From NCBI GenBank assembly GCA_049472335.1, contig JBLIRO010000020.1, positions 1-64,000 on the forward strand: a stretch of DNA of 64,000 nucleotides, given 5' to 3'. Below the pieces are notes generated by a model. That model saw only the letters and a list, made by a program, of their open reading frames with translations. It did not search any database and had not been told where the DNA came from. Origin of the DNA: a bacterium. Lineage in GTDB: Bacteria; SZUA-182; DTGQ01; JAFGSM01. The position numbers and the translations under genes are program-made. Of this stretch, positions 45,138 through 55,100 are shown piece after piece. Each line of letters starts with the position of its first letter. The first letter of the stretch is position 1.

Positions 45138-45392
45138 TTACATGTCTTGCTGCTCAGATATAAATCTTTGAGATATGGTCTCAGGCTGGACAGCCGAAAG
45201 AATAACATGGTCACTGTCTGTTATAATGATAGCCCTGGTCCTTCTTCCATGTGTTGCATCGATTAATTTGTTTTTTTCTCTTGCCTCTTCTCTAAACCTT
45301 TTCATCGGGGCTGAGCTTGGAGTAATTATAGCAATGATACGAGAACCAACGACTACATTACCAAATCCTATATTTATAAAGTTGTGTCCCAA
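45138..45392 (-). CDS. remA: DUF370 / RemA family protein
   Basis: [33 protein letters not shown]. Confidence 0.92.
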   Translation of the reverse strand: MGHNFINIGFGNVVVGSRIIAIITPSSAPMKRFREEAREKNKLIDATHGRRTRAIIITDSDHVILSAVQPETISQRFISEQQDM

Positions 45393-45430
45393 TTTAACCT
45401 CCTTATATAGAAAAATTTGATTTAAACAAA

Positions 45431-46303
45431 TTATTCAATATTCTGTATCTGTTCTTTTATTTTTTCTAATTCTGATTTTATAGCAACGACATTGTCTGTT
45501 ATTACAATATCGGTTGTCTTTGAACCAAGGGTATTTGTTTCACGATAAAGCTCCTGAACCAAAAAATCCATCTTTCTGCCAACCGGCCCCTCAGCGTTTA
45601 AGAGCTCTCTCATTTGAGATATATGTGACTCGATCCGAACTATCTCTTCAGTAACATCGGATTTCTCAGCGTATATAATCATCTCCTGCTCCAAGCGCTC
45701 ATCAGGAATTTCTATTTGAAAGAGTTCCTTCAATCTTTCCCGCAAATTTGACTGATATTCCTTCAATGATAATGGAATGCGCTGAGAAATAATCAGAAGG
45801 TATCCGGAAATCGAAACCAATCTTTTATCAATATCCTGATGAAGCAACACTCCCTCCTGAGTTCTCATATCCAAGAGTTTTTCAAGTGCCATGTCGATTA
45901 TGCTTTTGACTACGGGCCAAGTCTCTTCTTCAGAAAAGACTTCTTTAAACTTTATAATATCACCGTATTTTAGGATATCCTGTAACCCCACCTTCTCTTC
46001 GATCTTTAAATTCTCCTTGAGTGAATATAAACATTGGTAATATTGCTTAGCCATATTATAATCAACCTTGAGGAGCTGGAAATTATCGTTTGCGTTTTCA
46101 ATGCTTATTGATAATTCAATTCTGCCTCTGCTGACAAAAGTTTTAATATAATTCCTGATCTGTATATCAAGACTATTGAATCCCCTTGGAAGACGGGTAA
46201 CAATATCTAAAAAACGATGATTTAGAGATTTAATCTCTAAGGTAATGTTCAAACCGGCATGATCGACAACACTAGATGCGAATCCTGTCATGCTTTTAAT
46301 CAT
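45431..46303 (-). CDS. yicC: YicC/YloC family endoribonuclease
   Basis: [43 protein letters not shown]. Confidence 0.96.
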   Translation of the reverse strand: MIKSMTGFASSVVDHAGLNITLEIKSLNHRFLDIVTRLPRGFNSLDIQIRNYIKTFVSRGRIELSISIENANDNFQLLKVDYNMAKQYYQCLYSLKENLKIEEKVGLQDILKYGDIIKFKEVFSEEETWPVVKSIIDMALEKLLDMRTQEGVLLHQDIDKRLVSISGYLLIISQRIPLSLKEYQSNLRERLKELFQIEIPDERLEQEMIIYAEKSDVTEEIVRIESHISQMRELLNAEGPVGRKMDFLVQELYRETNTLGSKTTDIVITDNVVAIKSELEKIKEQIQNIE

Positions 46304-46487
46304 TTATTTTTCCAATTTCAAAAATTTTTTCTCTTTTGGGATTGATGTCATTGCCCTGTAGGACCGATTTACGATGATTTTATGAAAGGATGATAAGATA
46401 AAATGTCCCATAAATCTCAAAATTATACAAAAATTTTATCATTTTGTCAATCCAAAAATGAATTTGTGTCAAAAAATGCATGTAATA

Positions 46488-46527
46488 AAAAAACCGCCGG
46501 GATTATACTTGCTCCCGGCGGTTTTTT
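46488..46527 (-). terminator. Intrinsic terminator (bidirectional-type)
   Basis: AAAAAACCGCCGGGA / TCCCGGCGGTTTTTT, 15 bp past the stop at 46542. Confidence 0.85.
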
Positions 46528-46541
46528 AGTAAGATGTAGTT

Positions 46542-47477
46542 TTATATAAGCCCTGGCAGAAGATCTAACTCGAATTGTCCAATCTCGTATATTTTAACAC
46601 TCCCACCCTGATAATCAGCAATCTGATATGTTCCGCTCATATAAGTTGGGCTCTTTAAGGTACAAATAATATCAACAGTCAATGGCTTTGGCCCAAATGT
46701 GGTCTGTACGGAACCCTGGAGAGTTACAATATTATTAGAAGCTGTTCCATTAAGGGTAACTCCCGCACCTAAAAAGGCATTTAGTTCAAGCACCGCAAAA
46801 CCACTTACATTTCACACTATAAAAGGATCTTCTACGATATCCAAAGTCATAGGGCCGGCCAGGATTGCAGTGGCGGTACTGTCAACCGCTATCCACTCTC
46901 CAAACCATGTCCCAGCCTACTCAGCTAAATAAATAGGCAATAGTGTAGTCCCTGCAATGGTGGCTGTAGGTATTGGTAATATGGGAATGGGTGACAGAGA
47001 CAATGGAGAAAAGGGGACAAGAGGTAATAGCGCCTGAGTTGTTGCTGTTGGAGAGGATGTCGAGGTTTCCAGAAGTCCCAATTGTTGGAGAAGAAACCCT
47101 GTTCCCCAAAAATCAAGAGCAAGACTGTTTAAACTGCCCAGACCATAGAGTCCGCCAAGGCCGTAAAGCCCCAGACCGTAAAATCCGCCCAGACCATAGA
47201 GGCTGCTTAAGCCATAGAGGCCACCCAGACCATAGAGACTACCCAGACCATAGAGCCCACCAAGGCCGTAAAGTCCGCCCAAACCATAAAGTCTACTTAA
47301 ACCATAGATGCCTCCCAGACCATAAAGTCCACCCAATCCATAGAGCCCGCTCAATCCATATATTCCTCTGCCTAAAAGAGAACTATAATAGGCCGGGCAT
47401 CCCTGCGGAAATAGAATGAAACATAGAAATAGTGTGATTACTGGAAGGATCAAAAATAACCTTACTCCCTTTCTCAT
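46542..47477 (-). pseudogene. Secreted GLYGLG-repeat protein with a C-terminal beta-rich domain, interrupted by two in-frame stops
   Basis: ORFs 46917-47477 and 46542-46793 are in one frame; the frame reads AE[TAG]AGTWFGEW..DPFIV[TGA]NVSGFAVLEL; 311 codons in total; signal-peptide-like N-terminus. Confidence 0.75.
47141..47362 (-). repeat. Coding tandem repeat, 18-bp unit (GLYGLG)
   Basis: About 12-13 degenerate hexapeptide units with synonymous variation. Confidence 0.9.
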
Positions 47478-47576
47478 CGTTATAACCCCCTTTTTTATAA
47501 GATTAAAAAGATCTTTTTGCTCCTTTCCTTTAGGTATAAATAAATTATATTAATGAGTATATTTATAAATATTATC

Positions 47577-47592
47577 TGCAAAGAAGATGCCA
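47577..47592 (-). promoter_or_regulatory. Sigma54 (-24/-12) promoter for the GLYGLG gene
   Basis: Minus strand TGGCATCTTCTTTGCA = GG-N10-GC, 100 bp upstream of the ATG. Confidence 0.7.
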
Positions 47593-48030
47593 AAAAAAGC
47601 AAAGAAAAAATGATAAAAAAAAATTTAAATATCAATGAATTAGAAAAACATTTTCAACCATAAATTAGAAAAACAAAAAATAAAGGATGGGTAAAAATTC
47701 TCAAAATGTCATAAAAAATACACTCCTAACAGGTATTTAATGTAATAAATTTTATTCTTACCCAAAATACGATGGATTTGTAAAAAAGTCATTTCTGGGC
47801 CTCCGGGCTTTTTTGAAGGCCCTAAAGTCTGCTTCGCTGTTAAAAAAATGCCAAAAGCTTTTTTTACTACTTTTTACGATCTTATCAAAATATATGAATG
47901 AGCTAATTTGATGATTTGTTGGTAAATTTTCTATAATAACAAGTGATAAAATTTAAGATGTGTTTTTAATCTGAGAACATTGGAGAAAAAAGATCCTTTA
48001 TGTATCTTGATTAAGATAGGGTGAGGATAT

Positions 48031-49815
48031 TTGGATAGCTTTGTAATAAAGGCAATTGTAGATGAATTAAGCTCCTGGATCTGTCCGGGCCAGATTAACA
48101 GGGTTGTTCAGACAGATGCTTATACCCTTTGGCTCAGGATAAAAGGCCAAAGATCGGAATGGATCGTCATATCTACCAGAAGTCCCTATACCGGTATGTA
48201 TAGCACATCCGGAAAACCTGTCAAAAACGATTATGAAACACCATTTTCTTTAGCCCTGTCCAAACATATAACAGGCGGGGAAATAGTGGATATAAGTGTT
48301 AAGGACCTGGAGAGGGTTGTTAAATTCGATATTGTCCCTCGTAAAGCGGGATATAGATTGGAAAGACAGAATCTGATACTGGAGTTGATTAATTATAACC
48401 CTAATTTGATTCTCACCGAAGAAAGTGATAATAGGATTCTGGCTTGCTCGAGGATGGTTGATAGAAAAGAAAGACAGGTCTTGCCCGGTGAACTGTATGA
48501 GCCATTACCTTGCCCCTCAAAGCACAACCCCTTGAAAATGACATTTTCTGAATGGAGAGACCTTTTTACAAAAAAGTCGCCTGATGATGAGGATCTATCC
48601 GCCTTTTTGGTCCATAATTTAATTGGCTTGAGACCATTACTTGGTGAAGAAATTATTTTTAGAGCAGGATTGTGCTCTGATGATCGGGCAAATAAATTGT
48701 CAGAGGTTGATAATTTATGGAATTCTCTGCAGGAGGTTTTTGCCGAATATGGCACTCCTGTACCACATCCTATTGTGATAGTTTTTCCTGATTCTAAGGA
48801 GTTGCCAATTCTCACAAGCATACCTCTAAGGTCAAAAATCGATCGAGGGATTGAAAAAAACTTTTCAAAGATGAACGAAGCTGCGGAATATTTTTATAAC
48901 CTTATTGACAAAATCAACAAATTTAGCAGATTTAAGGAATATCTCAAGAATTTCATCAATAGGGAAAAAAAGAGATATGAAAAGAGACTTGCCGGGCTTA
49001 AAGAAGATCTTGAATTAATTCGGGATGCAGATAGGTACAAATGTTATGGTAATCTTTTGATGGCAAATCTTCAGATTGTATTCAAAGGTATGACGGAAAT
49101 AACACTCCCTGATCTTTACCATGAAGATGCCGAAGTTTCAATCCCTCTCGATCCGGCAAAGAATGCTGTTCAAAACGCACAATCATATTTTAAAAGATAT
49201 ACAAAGGCGAAGAGGGGAATAAAAATAATAAAGGAAAGAAAAGACGAGACTGAGAATTTGCTTAAAAATGTCTATGAAGCTGAATCTATGCTTGGATCTG
49301 CAAAGGACCTGGATGCGTTAAGTGAGATTGAGGATTTATTAAGCTTGATTCTCCCTAAACAGAAGATTTTTAAGCGAACAGTAATACCGTCAAAGGTTAT
49401 TGCCCATAGCACAAAAAAAGGGAAAAAATTCGCAGGCATGAGATTTTTTAAGATCGCGGCAGGGCCCTGGGAGATCATTGTCGGGAAAACGGATATGGCC
49501 AATGATCGCTTGACAAGAGATCTTGCAAAACCTGAAGATATCTGGTTTCATGTTCATGATGCCCCGGGCTCTCATGTTGTGTTGAAAAATCCGGGCAGAT
49601 CGGAAAATATCCCTTTTGATATAATAAAAAAGACCGCAAGTGTAGCAGCCTTCTTTAGTCGTCAAAGGGATGAGGAAAAGGTCTTGGTGGGATATACCAG
49701 AAAAAAGCATGTCAGAAAACCAAAGGGCATGAAACCAGGTCAGGTCCTTGTAGATAAACAAAAGACTGTATTGGTAACTCCGACACTTAATGATGTAATC
49801 CCGATAGAGAAGTAG
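48031..49815 (+). CDS. rqcH: NFACT / RqcH (FbpA) ribosome quality-control protein
   Basis: LERVVKF, LILEL..NLIL, IPLDPAKNAVQNAQSYFKRYTK, VGK..ANDRLT, DIWFHVHDAPGSHVV. Confidence 0.9.
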   Translation: MDSFVIKAIVDELSSWICPGQINRVVQTDAYTLWLRIKGQRSEWIVISTRSPYTGMYSTSGKPVKNDYETPFSLALSKHITGGEIVDISVKDLERVVKFDIVPRKAGYRLERQNLILELINYNPNLILTEESDNRILACSRMVDRKERQVLPGELYEPLPCPSKHNPLKMTFSEWRDLFTKKSPDDEDLSAFLVHNLIGLRPLLGEEIIFRAGLCSDDRANKLSEVDNLWNSLQEVFAEYGTPVPHPIVIVFPDSKELPILTSIPLRSKIDRGIEKNFSKMNEAAEYFYNLIDKINKFSRFKEYLKNFINREKKRYEKRLAGLKEDLELIRDADRYKCYGNLLMANLQIVFKGMTEITLPDLYHEDAEVSIPLDPAKNAVQNAQSYFKRYTKAKRGIKIIKERKDETENLLKNVYEAESMLGSAKDLDALSEIEDLLSLILPKQKIFKRTVIPSKVIAHSTKKGKKFAGMRFFKIAAGPWEIIVGKTDMANDRLTRDLAKPEDIWFHVHDAPGSHVVLKNPGRSENIPFDIIKKTASVAAFFSRQRDEEKVLVGYTRKKHVRKPKGMKPGQVLVDKQKTVLVTPTLNDVIPIEK

Positions 49816-49923
49816 TCACAATCTACAATAACCTAATACTGCATTTCCTATGTATTTCAAATGTATTGCAAATATTCTTTACGATTTTATGTAAATCAAA
49901 CTGTATTCAGAATACGTTAATAT

Positions 49924-49987
49924 CTCTGTGCGCTCCTTGCTCTCTGTGGTCTAAAATGTTACCGCAGAGAGCGCAGAAAACACGGAG
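49924..49987. repeat. Intergenic inverted repeat (CGCAGAG-type) between convergent genes
   Basis: GCTCTCTGTGGT (49939-50) / ACCGCAGAGAGC (49961-72), extended by CTCTGTG / CACGGAG. Confidence 0.65.
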
Positions 49988-50090
49988 TCTTTCCAAAAAT
50001 TTGATCTATTTAATCTAAACCAAACTATATTTCATTTGAAATCAGTCTGATTATAGACGATTCTATTACGTTTAAAATTCTATTTTACTT

Positions 50091-52052
50091 CTATCTGGGG
50101 TATACAAGTCCTCCTATATTGAAAGGTGAAGATGTATATGTAAACCCAGTAGCAGGGAATCTAAAACCGGTAGCAGGGAAATTAAAACCGGTAGAAGGAA
50201 ACGACCAGGACCCGGTAGCAGGGAATCTAAAACCGGTAGAGGGAACGGTAGCAGGGAATCTAAAACCGGTAGAAGGAAATGACCAGGACCCGGTAGCAGG
50301 GAATGTAAAGCCGGTAGAAGGAAACGACCAGGACCCGGTAGCAGGGAATCTAAAGCCGGTAGAAGGAAACGACCAGGAGGTAGATGGAACTATACCTGTT
50401 GTTCCTGTTGTTGTCGTACTCTTTTCTGTTTTAAAAGACCACGAAGTACTTGCGGTAAATGGACGCCCCTGCTTGTCGGTTGCATTTTTGCCTAGGGTAA
50501 CGGTATATTTTTTATTATCCTTTAATTTTGATTTCGGAGTGATTGTCAGTTTGGTGGAACTCGCGTTCATGGAAGATGTAAATGAGACAGCAGGCGAGAT
50601 ACTCAATGCGCTGATGATCGAATCCTTATTCATGGGCTCGGAGAATGTAAGGATTATTTGGGTGGTTCTCTTAACATTTTTCTTGTTGGAGCTGGGAGAA
50701 ACACTCAACAAAATAGGGGGAGCGGAATCATATCTGCTAAGGCTGTTGCTTGTACCGAGCCATGCATTTCCGTAAACATCCACGGATACTTCCTGAACGG
50801 CCGGACCGGCATTGTCCATAATTATTGGCTCTCCGTTTGTTCCGTCAAATTTTATGAGTCCTTGATCCGTTCCAACCCAAAGCGTGTCATCTGATGGATC
50901 AACAGCAATGGAACTCATTTGACTATACCTGTCTATATCGGTAAAAAGCTCCCACTGATCGGATGCAATATCGTATTTTAAAAGTCCGAGGTCGGTTGCT
51001 GCCCATATGCCTCCGGGACCCGCCACTATTTCATTGATAAGTGGAAAACTTATATTGAATTGATTTTCGATGGTAGATATAAAGCTGGTCCAGGTATTTG
51101 TCTGCGGGTCGAAACCCTCGATCCCTCCGAATGGGGTCGCGACCCAGATGTAATCATCTTCGTCTGCCTCAATAGTTGTTACCCAGTCATTTGTTAAATC
51201 GCTGTTGGTCATGTTGTAATTTGTCCAGGAAGTTCCATCATCGGACATATATATTCCTGAATAAGACGATCCAACCCAAATATTGTCTTCTGAGTCTACA
51301 GCTAAACATTTCATGCTATTATCCGAAAAAACAGTGTTTGTGTCAGTATTGTAGTGAGTCCAATCTGTTCCATCGAACATATGTACTCCTCCCTTTCCGG
51401 GATCATCCGATTCTGATGCAATCCATATATTTCCCGCACTATCCTGTTTAATGGCATTTATTTGTCCAAGGTCTTCATCAACCTTAACAAAATCGGATTG
51501 ATCGAATCCATTGAATACGAATAAATCATCCGATCCTCCGGAAGAAGAGAGCACAACCCAGATGTCTCCGTTAACATCACCTAATATTAGCTTAACAGTA
51601 CTTTGATCAAGGGATAATCCCTGAATATTAAAAAAGTGGAGCCATGGTGATAATTCAGTAACAAATGACCATTGATATGGATTCTCAAGCGAATTTCCTG
51701 AAAGATCCGTTGCTTCCGTACCAATAGTAACTTGATAAGTCTCATTATAATCCAATAGCATGGCAGGAGAGAATATAAGTGTCTGATCCAACTCCCATTC
51801 GAACTGACCATCCATAGAAGGAACTATAGAAAAAGGATTGAACAGGGTATCCATGAATTCACTAAAAAGAACCTCAATTGAAGAATTTATAGGCACTGCG
51901 GTAGCACCATTCCCGGGAGATGTCTGAACTACGGAAGGAGGATCTGTGTCGAACTCGATTTGACTGTAAACAAATTGAGGTCTTGCAATAAAAATAGAAG
52001 AAATCAAAAATATAAATAGAATAAAAGCAGATTTCTCTTTAAAATAACACAT
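50091..52052 (-). CDS. Secreted Ig-like (Big_5/SbsA) - beta-propeller - Ig-like protein with a repetitive F/P/S/T/G tail
   Basis: Signal peptide, PPSVVQTSPGNGA..FSEFM, D-x-x-G-N-I-W propeller repeats, FSEPMN, T-rich linker, FPSTGFRFPATGSWS repeats. Confidence 0.8.
   Translation of the reverse strand: MCYFKEKSAFILFIFLISSIFIARPQFVYSQIEFDTDPPSVVQTSPGNGATAVPINSSIEVLFSEFMDTLFNPFSIVPSMDGQFEWELDQTLIFSPAMLLDYNETYQVTIGTEATDLSGNSLENPYQWSFVTELSPWLHFFNIQGLSLDQSTVKLILGDVNGDIWVVLSSSGGSDDLFVFNGFDQSDFVKVDEDLGQINAIKQDSAGNIWIASESDDPGKGGVHMFDGTDWTHYNTDTNTVFSDNSMKCLAVDSEDNIWVGSSYSGIYMSDDGTSWTNYNMTNSDLTNDWVTTIEADEDDYIWVATPFGGIEGFDPQTNTWTSFISTIENQFNISFPLINEIVAGPGGIWAATDLGLLKYDIASDQWELFTDIDRYSQMSSIAVDPSDDTLWVGTDQGLIKFDGTNGEPIIMDNAGPAVQEVSVDVYGNAWLGTSNSLSRYDSAPPILLSVSPSSNKKNVKRTTQIILTFSEPMNKDSIISALSISPAVSFTSSMNASSTKLTITPKSKLKDNKKYTVTLGKNATDKQGRPFTASTSWSFKTEKSTTTTGTTGIVPSTSWSFPSTGFRFPATGSWSFPSTGFTFPATGSWSFPSTGFRFPATVPSTGFRFPATGSWSFPSTGFNFPATGFRFPATGFTYTSSPFNIGGLVYPR
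50140..50385 (-). repeat. Coding tandem repeat, 45-bp unit with 21-bp subunits
   Basis: CCGGTAGCAGGGAATCTAAAACCGGTAGAAGGAAACGACCAGGAC repeated with few changes; encodes SWSFPSTGFRFPATG. Confidence 0.9.
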
Positions 52053-52164
52053 GTTTAAAACTCCTTTAACAATTTTAAATGGATTAAAAAGGTTTTGAAG
52101 AGAAACAAATTTTTAATAGAAAGTATTCACTAAACTCATTTGCCTATTCACTATTAATTGTCTA

Positions 52165-55100
52165 TCAACGACTTTGGTAAAGCTTTGTATAATTGTTCAA
52201 TCCTTGTAAAGGATACCCGAAGGTCTGGTTCATATCTTTAGTATAGTAATTATTATAGCTATTATAGCTGGCAAAGCTGTTATAGGTAGAGGTCGAAAAC
52301 TGGTTCCATGTACTAAAATTGGGAAAAGGAAATGATTGTGCCTGAGGAATCCTAATAGACTGATAATTCGAGTATCGATCAAAGTTATATTGGATATTGA
52401 AATTATCACTCGGAATTTTCAACAAACTATTACCTATAGAGTGCCCCAACCAATAAGGGCTTTTAAAATTATTTACAGAGTACCCTGACCAATATGAAGA
52501 ATTATAGTTATAATTAGACCTATAATTAAAAAGTCCTGTATATTGTGTATATGGGTTTGTTGATGGTTCTGCTTTTTCTGGCACAGACTCAGTGGTGATA
52601 ACATAAGGACAATAATCTGTTTCCCCACAAAAACTCATATCGATAGTCATGCCTGCCCTATCTTTTGCCTCTTTAGAAATACTGACTTCATAGTTAGAAT
52701 TATATGCTAAAGACGGCTCCGGTTCAAATTTTATTACGGTTGAATTTTTGTTCCAATAAAAGGTCCCGTTTACTTTTTTTCCGTTTTCTTTATTTATCAT
52801 TTGAAAAGAGGCCTTTGTGGAGATTCGGTTCATGGGCTCGCTAAAAAATACAAATATATTCGTATTTATCGGGAGATCATCAGTTTTATACTCATTATCC
52901 TTATCACCATAAATCTCTCCCACAATATAAGGTGCTGCAGAATTAAAATGGGAGAGCCCTTCTTCGGTTCCTATCCAATAGTCATTATATTCATCCACTA
53001 TGATGCTATTTATATATGGAGATGGAAGATAGCTGTTCGTAATGTCGAAATGATGCCAGCCATCCCCGTCATGCATGAAGAATCCATTATCAGTTGCGAT
53101 AAAAAGGCTGCCTGTAATGGGATGAATGAACAAGTCATTAATCACAGTATCGTTATTAGTTTTAAGGCTGTCAGGAAGAGGAAAAGATTCAGGTGTCAAT
53201 CCGTCCTGATCAAGAGAAATTAAACTCTCCGGACTCAAGAAAAGCAAACTGTTTTTATTATCAAGGCGACTCGTTATCCATAGATTTCCATTTACATCAA
53301 TGACAATATTAGAGATATTGTCAATAATACCCGATGTAATGTCTACTGATCTTGGAAGGTTAATAAAGGGCTCTTTAACATAAATACCCAGAAAATCTGT
53401 CCCGATCCACAATCTTCCGTTGGAATCAACATCAAGGCAAGTGATGAAAGAACCGATTGGACCGTACTTTTTCCATGAAGATCCGTCGAATTCAAGAAGT
53501 TCAGAATCAGCGGCCACCCAGAGATGACCATTATCGTCAACTACAATATCGGATATCTCTATATCACCATACGAGGTTCCCATTTGGGCCGGATCATAAC
53601 TTATAAAGGTTTCTAAAGTCGCAATAAACCGGCTAACCCCCGCGGAATTACCATAATCGTCAGGATTGGTGGCGACCCATATCTCTCCATCCGGTCCCAT
53701 GGCGATATCAGCGACATTGTTTCCAGCCAGTCCGTTGTCTTCATTGAAACATGTAAATGTCCCGTTGTAAAGATTGTATTCACAGACCCCGCCGTCTTTG
53801 GTTCCGATCCATATGTTTTCATTTGTGTCTATCATAAGCACTGTAACATTTGTATTGGCAAGGCAATCATAAGGTTCAAGGCAGTCATATATGGGCATTG
53901 ACAGCCCCCTTCCTTTAATTGAGACATATATTTTCGGTGTATCGGGATCGTCGGAGATTATTTCAATTGTCGTGTTGAACATATCTTCAATGGGAGGTGT
54001 AAATGTAATGGGAATATTGCGGCTTTCATTCTCAGGAATAGCCAGAAGAGAATTTTCTGTCGGTATCATGTCTCCGGTCAAAACAAAGGGAAAATTTGGT
54101 AAATTTTGATTCTGAAAGTTTAAGCCCGAGATATTGAGAACCGTTTTTCCCTTATTGAATATATTTATATCCAGGGTTGAAGACTTTCCCGTCCTTGTAT
54201 TTTCAAAGTTAAGACTGGTGGGTGAAACCCGGATATCTGGTTCGGGTTGAAGAACTCCCCTTCCGTAAAGGGGTATAAAAATAGAGGGAGTATTCGGGTC
54301 ATTTGAGTTTATATTTAATGATGCATCGAATTCATTCTTACTAAAAGGGGTGAAAACGATGGTAATAGTGCGGCTCTCTCCGGATGAAATAGTAGCAGGA
54401 AGATTTCCGACCGGATCAGGCCCCCCATTAAGATTGAGAGAAAAATTCGTCTCGTCTGATAAAATTATACCCTTGATATCAAGGTCGGCATTTCCTCTGT
54501 TGAATATAAAGATATCAAGGGGATTCGATGCCTCATTGACGAATACATCATCAAAGGTGTGACTTTCAGGTGAGACTTCGATGAGTGGTCGGTTAATATC
54601 TGTTTCGTTAAACATGAAAGTAAAAATATAATCACCATTTATCGACAGTGGTTTTTCAAAGCAATTTCTTATCTTGTCGGTCAACAGGGTGACTGTGTAA
54701 GATAGGGAAGTTTCAAACGGATCATCCGGATGATCGAAGACAATTCGATTCTTATTAATCAACCATTCTCCATTTACATAAGGATCGATCAAAAGGGACC
54801 CGTCCAATGTATTTATATCTATGTACTGACTGAAGAGAATTTTTAATTGTTTATTGGGACTTAAGTCCTGTATTTCTTCACCGATAAGATTGCTCGAAAG
54901 TATCCTTAACGGATCATTCAGGGATGGTGTGAACATTATCGATGTCTGTTCTGTTACGCCTTGGTCTTTGTAAAGGTATTGAGTAGAGATTCTATCTATG
55001 CTGTTCTTTGTCTTTCTGCCGTTTGTGATCCCTATTGTCGCACCTGAGCCGAGGCTATATCCATCGTTTTGTGAAGTAAATATCACATCTTTGTACTGAA

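Noticed and set aside
46542..46919. Genome-wide stop-codon reassignment
   Set aside because: Conserved genes in the window end normally on TGA (dnaA, serS) and TAG (gyrA, rnfD) and have no internal stops
46973..47419. 148-aa plus-strand ORF with PDHR repeats
   Set aside because: Antisense shadow of the GLYGLG repeat
50140..50385. Possible CRISPR array
   Set aside because: Repeats are contiguous, in-frame and coding, with no unique spacers and no cas genes
50119..50775. 218-aa plus-strand ORF with PVAGNLKPVEG repeats
   Set aside because: Antisense shadow of the repeat tail of the 653-aa gene; the stop-free frame is explained by the repeats
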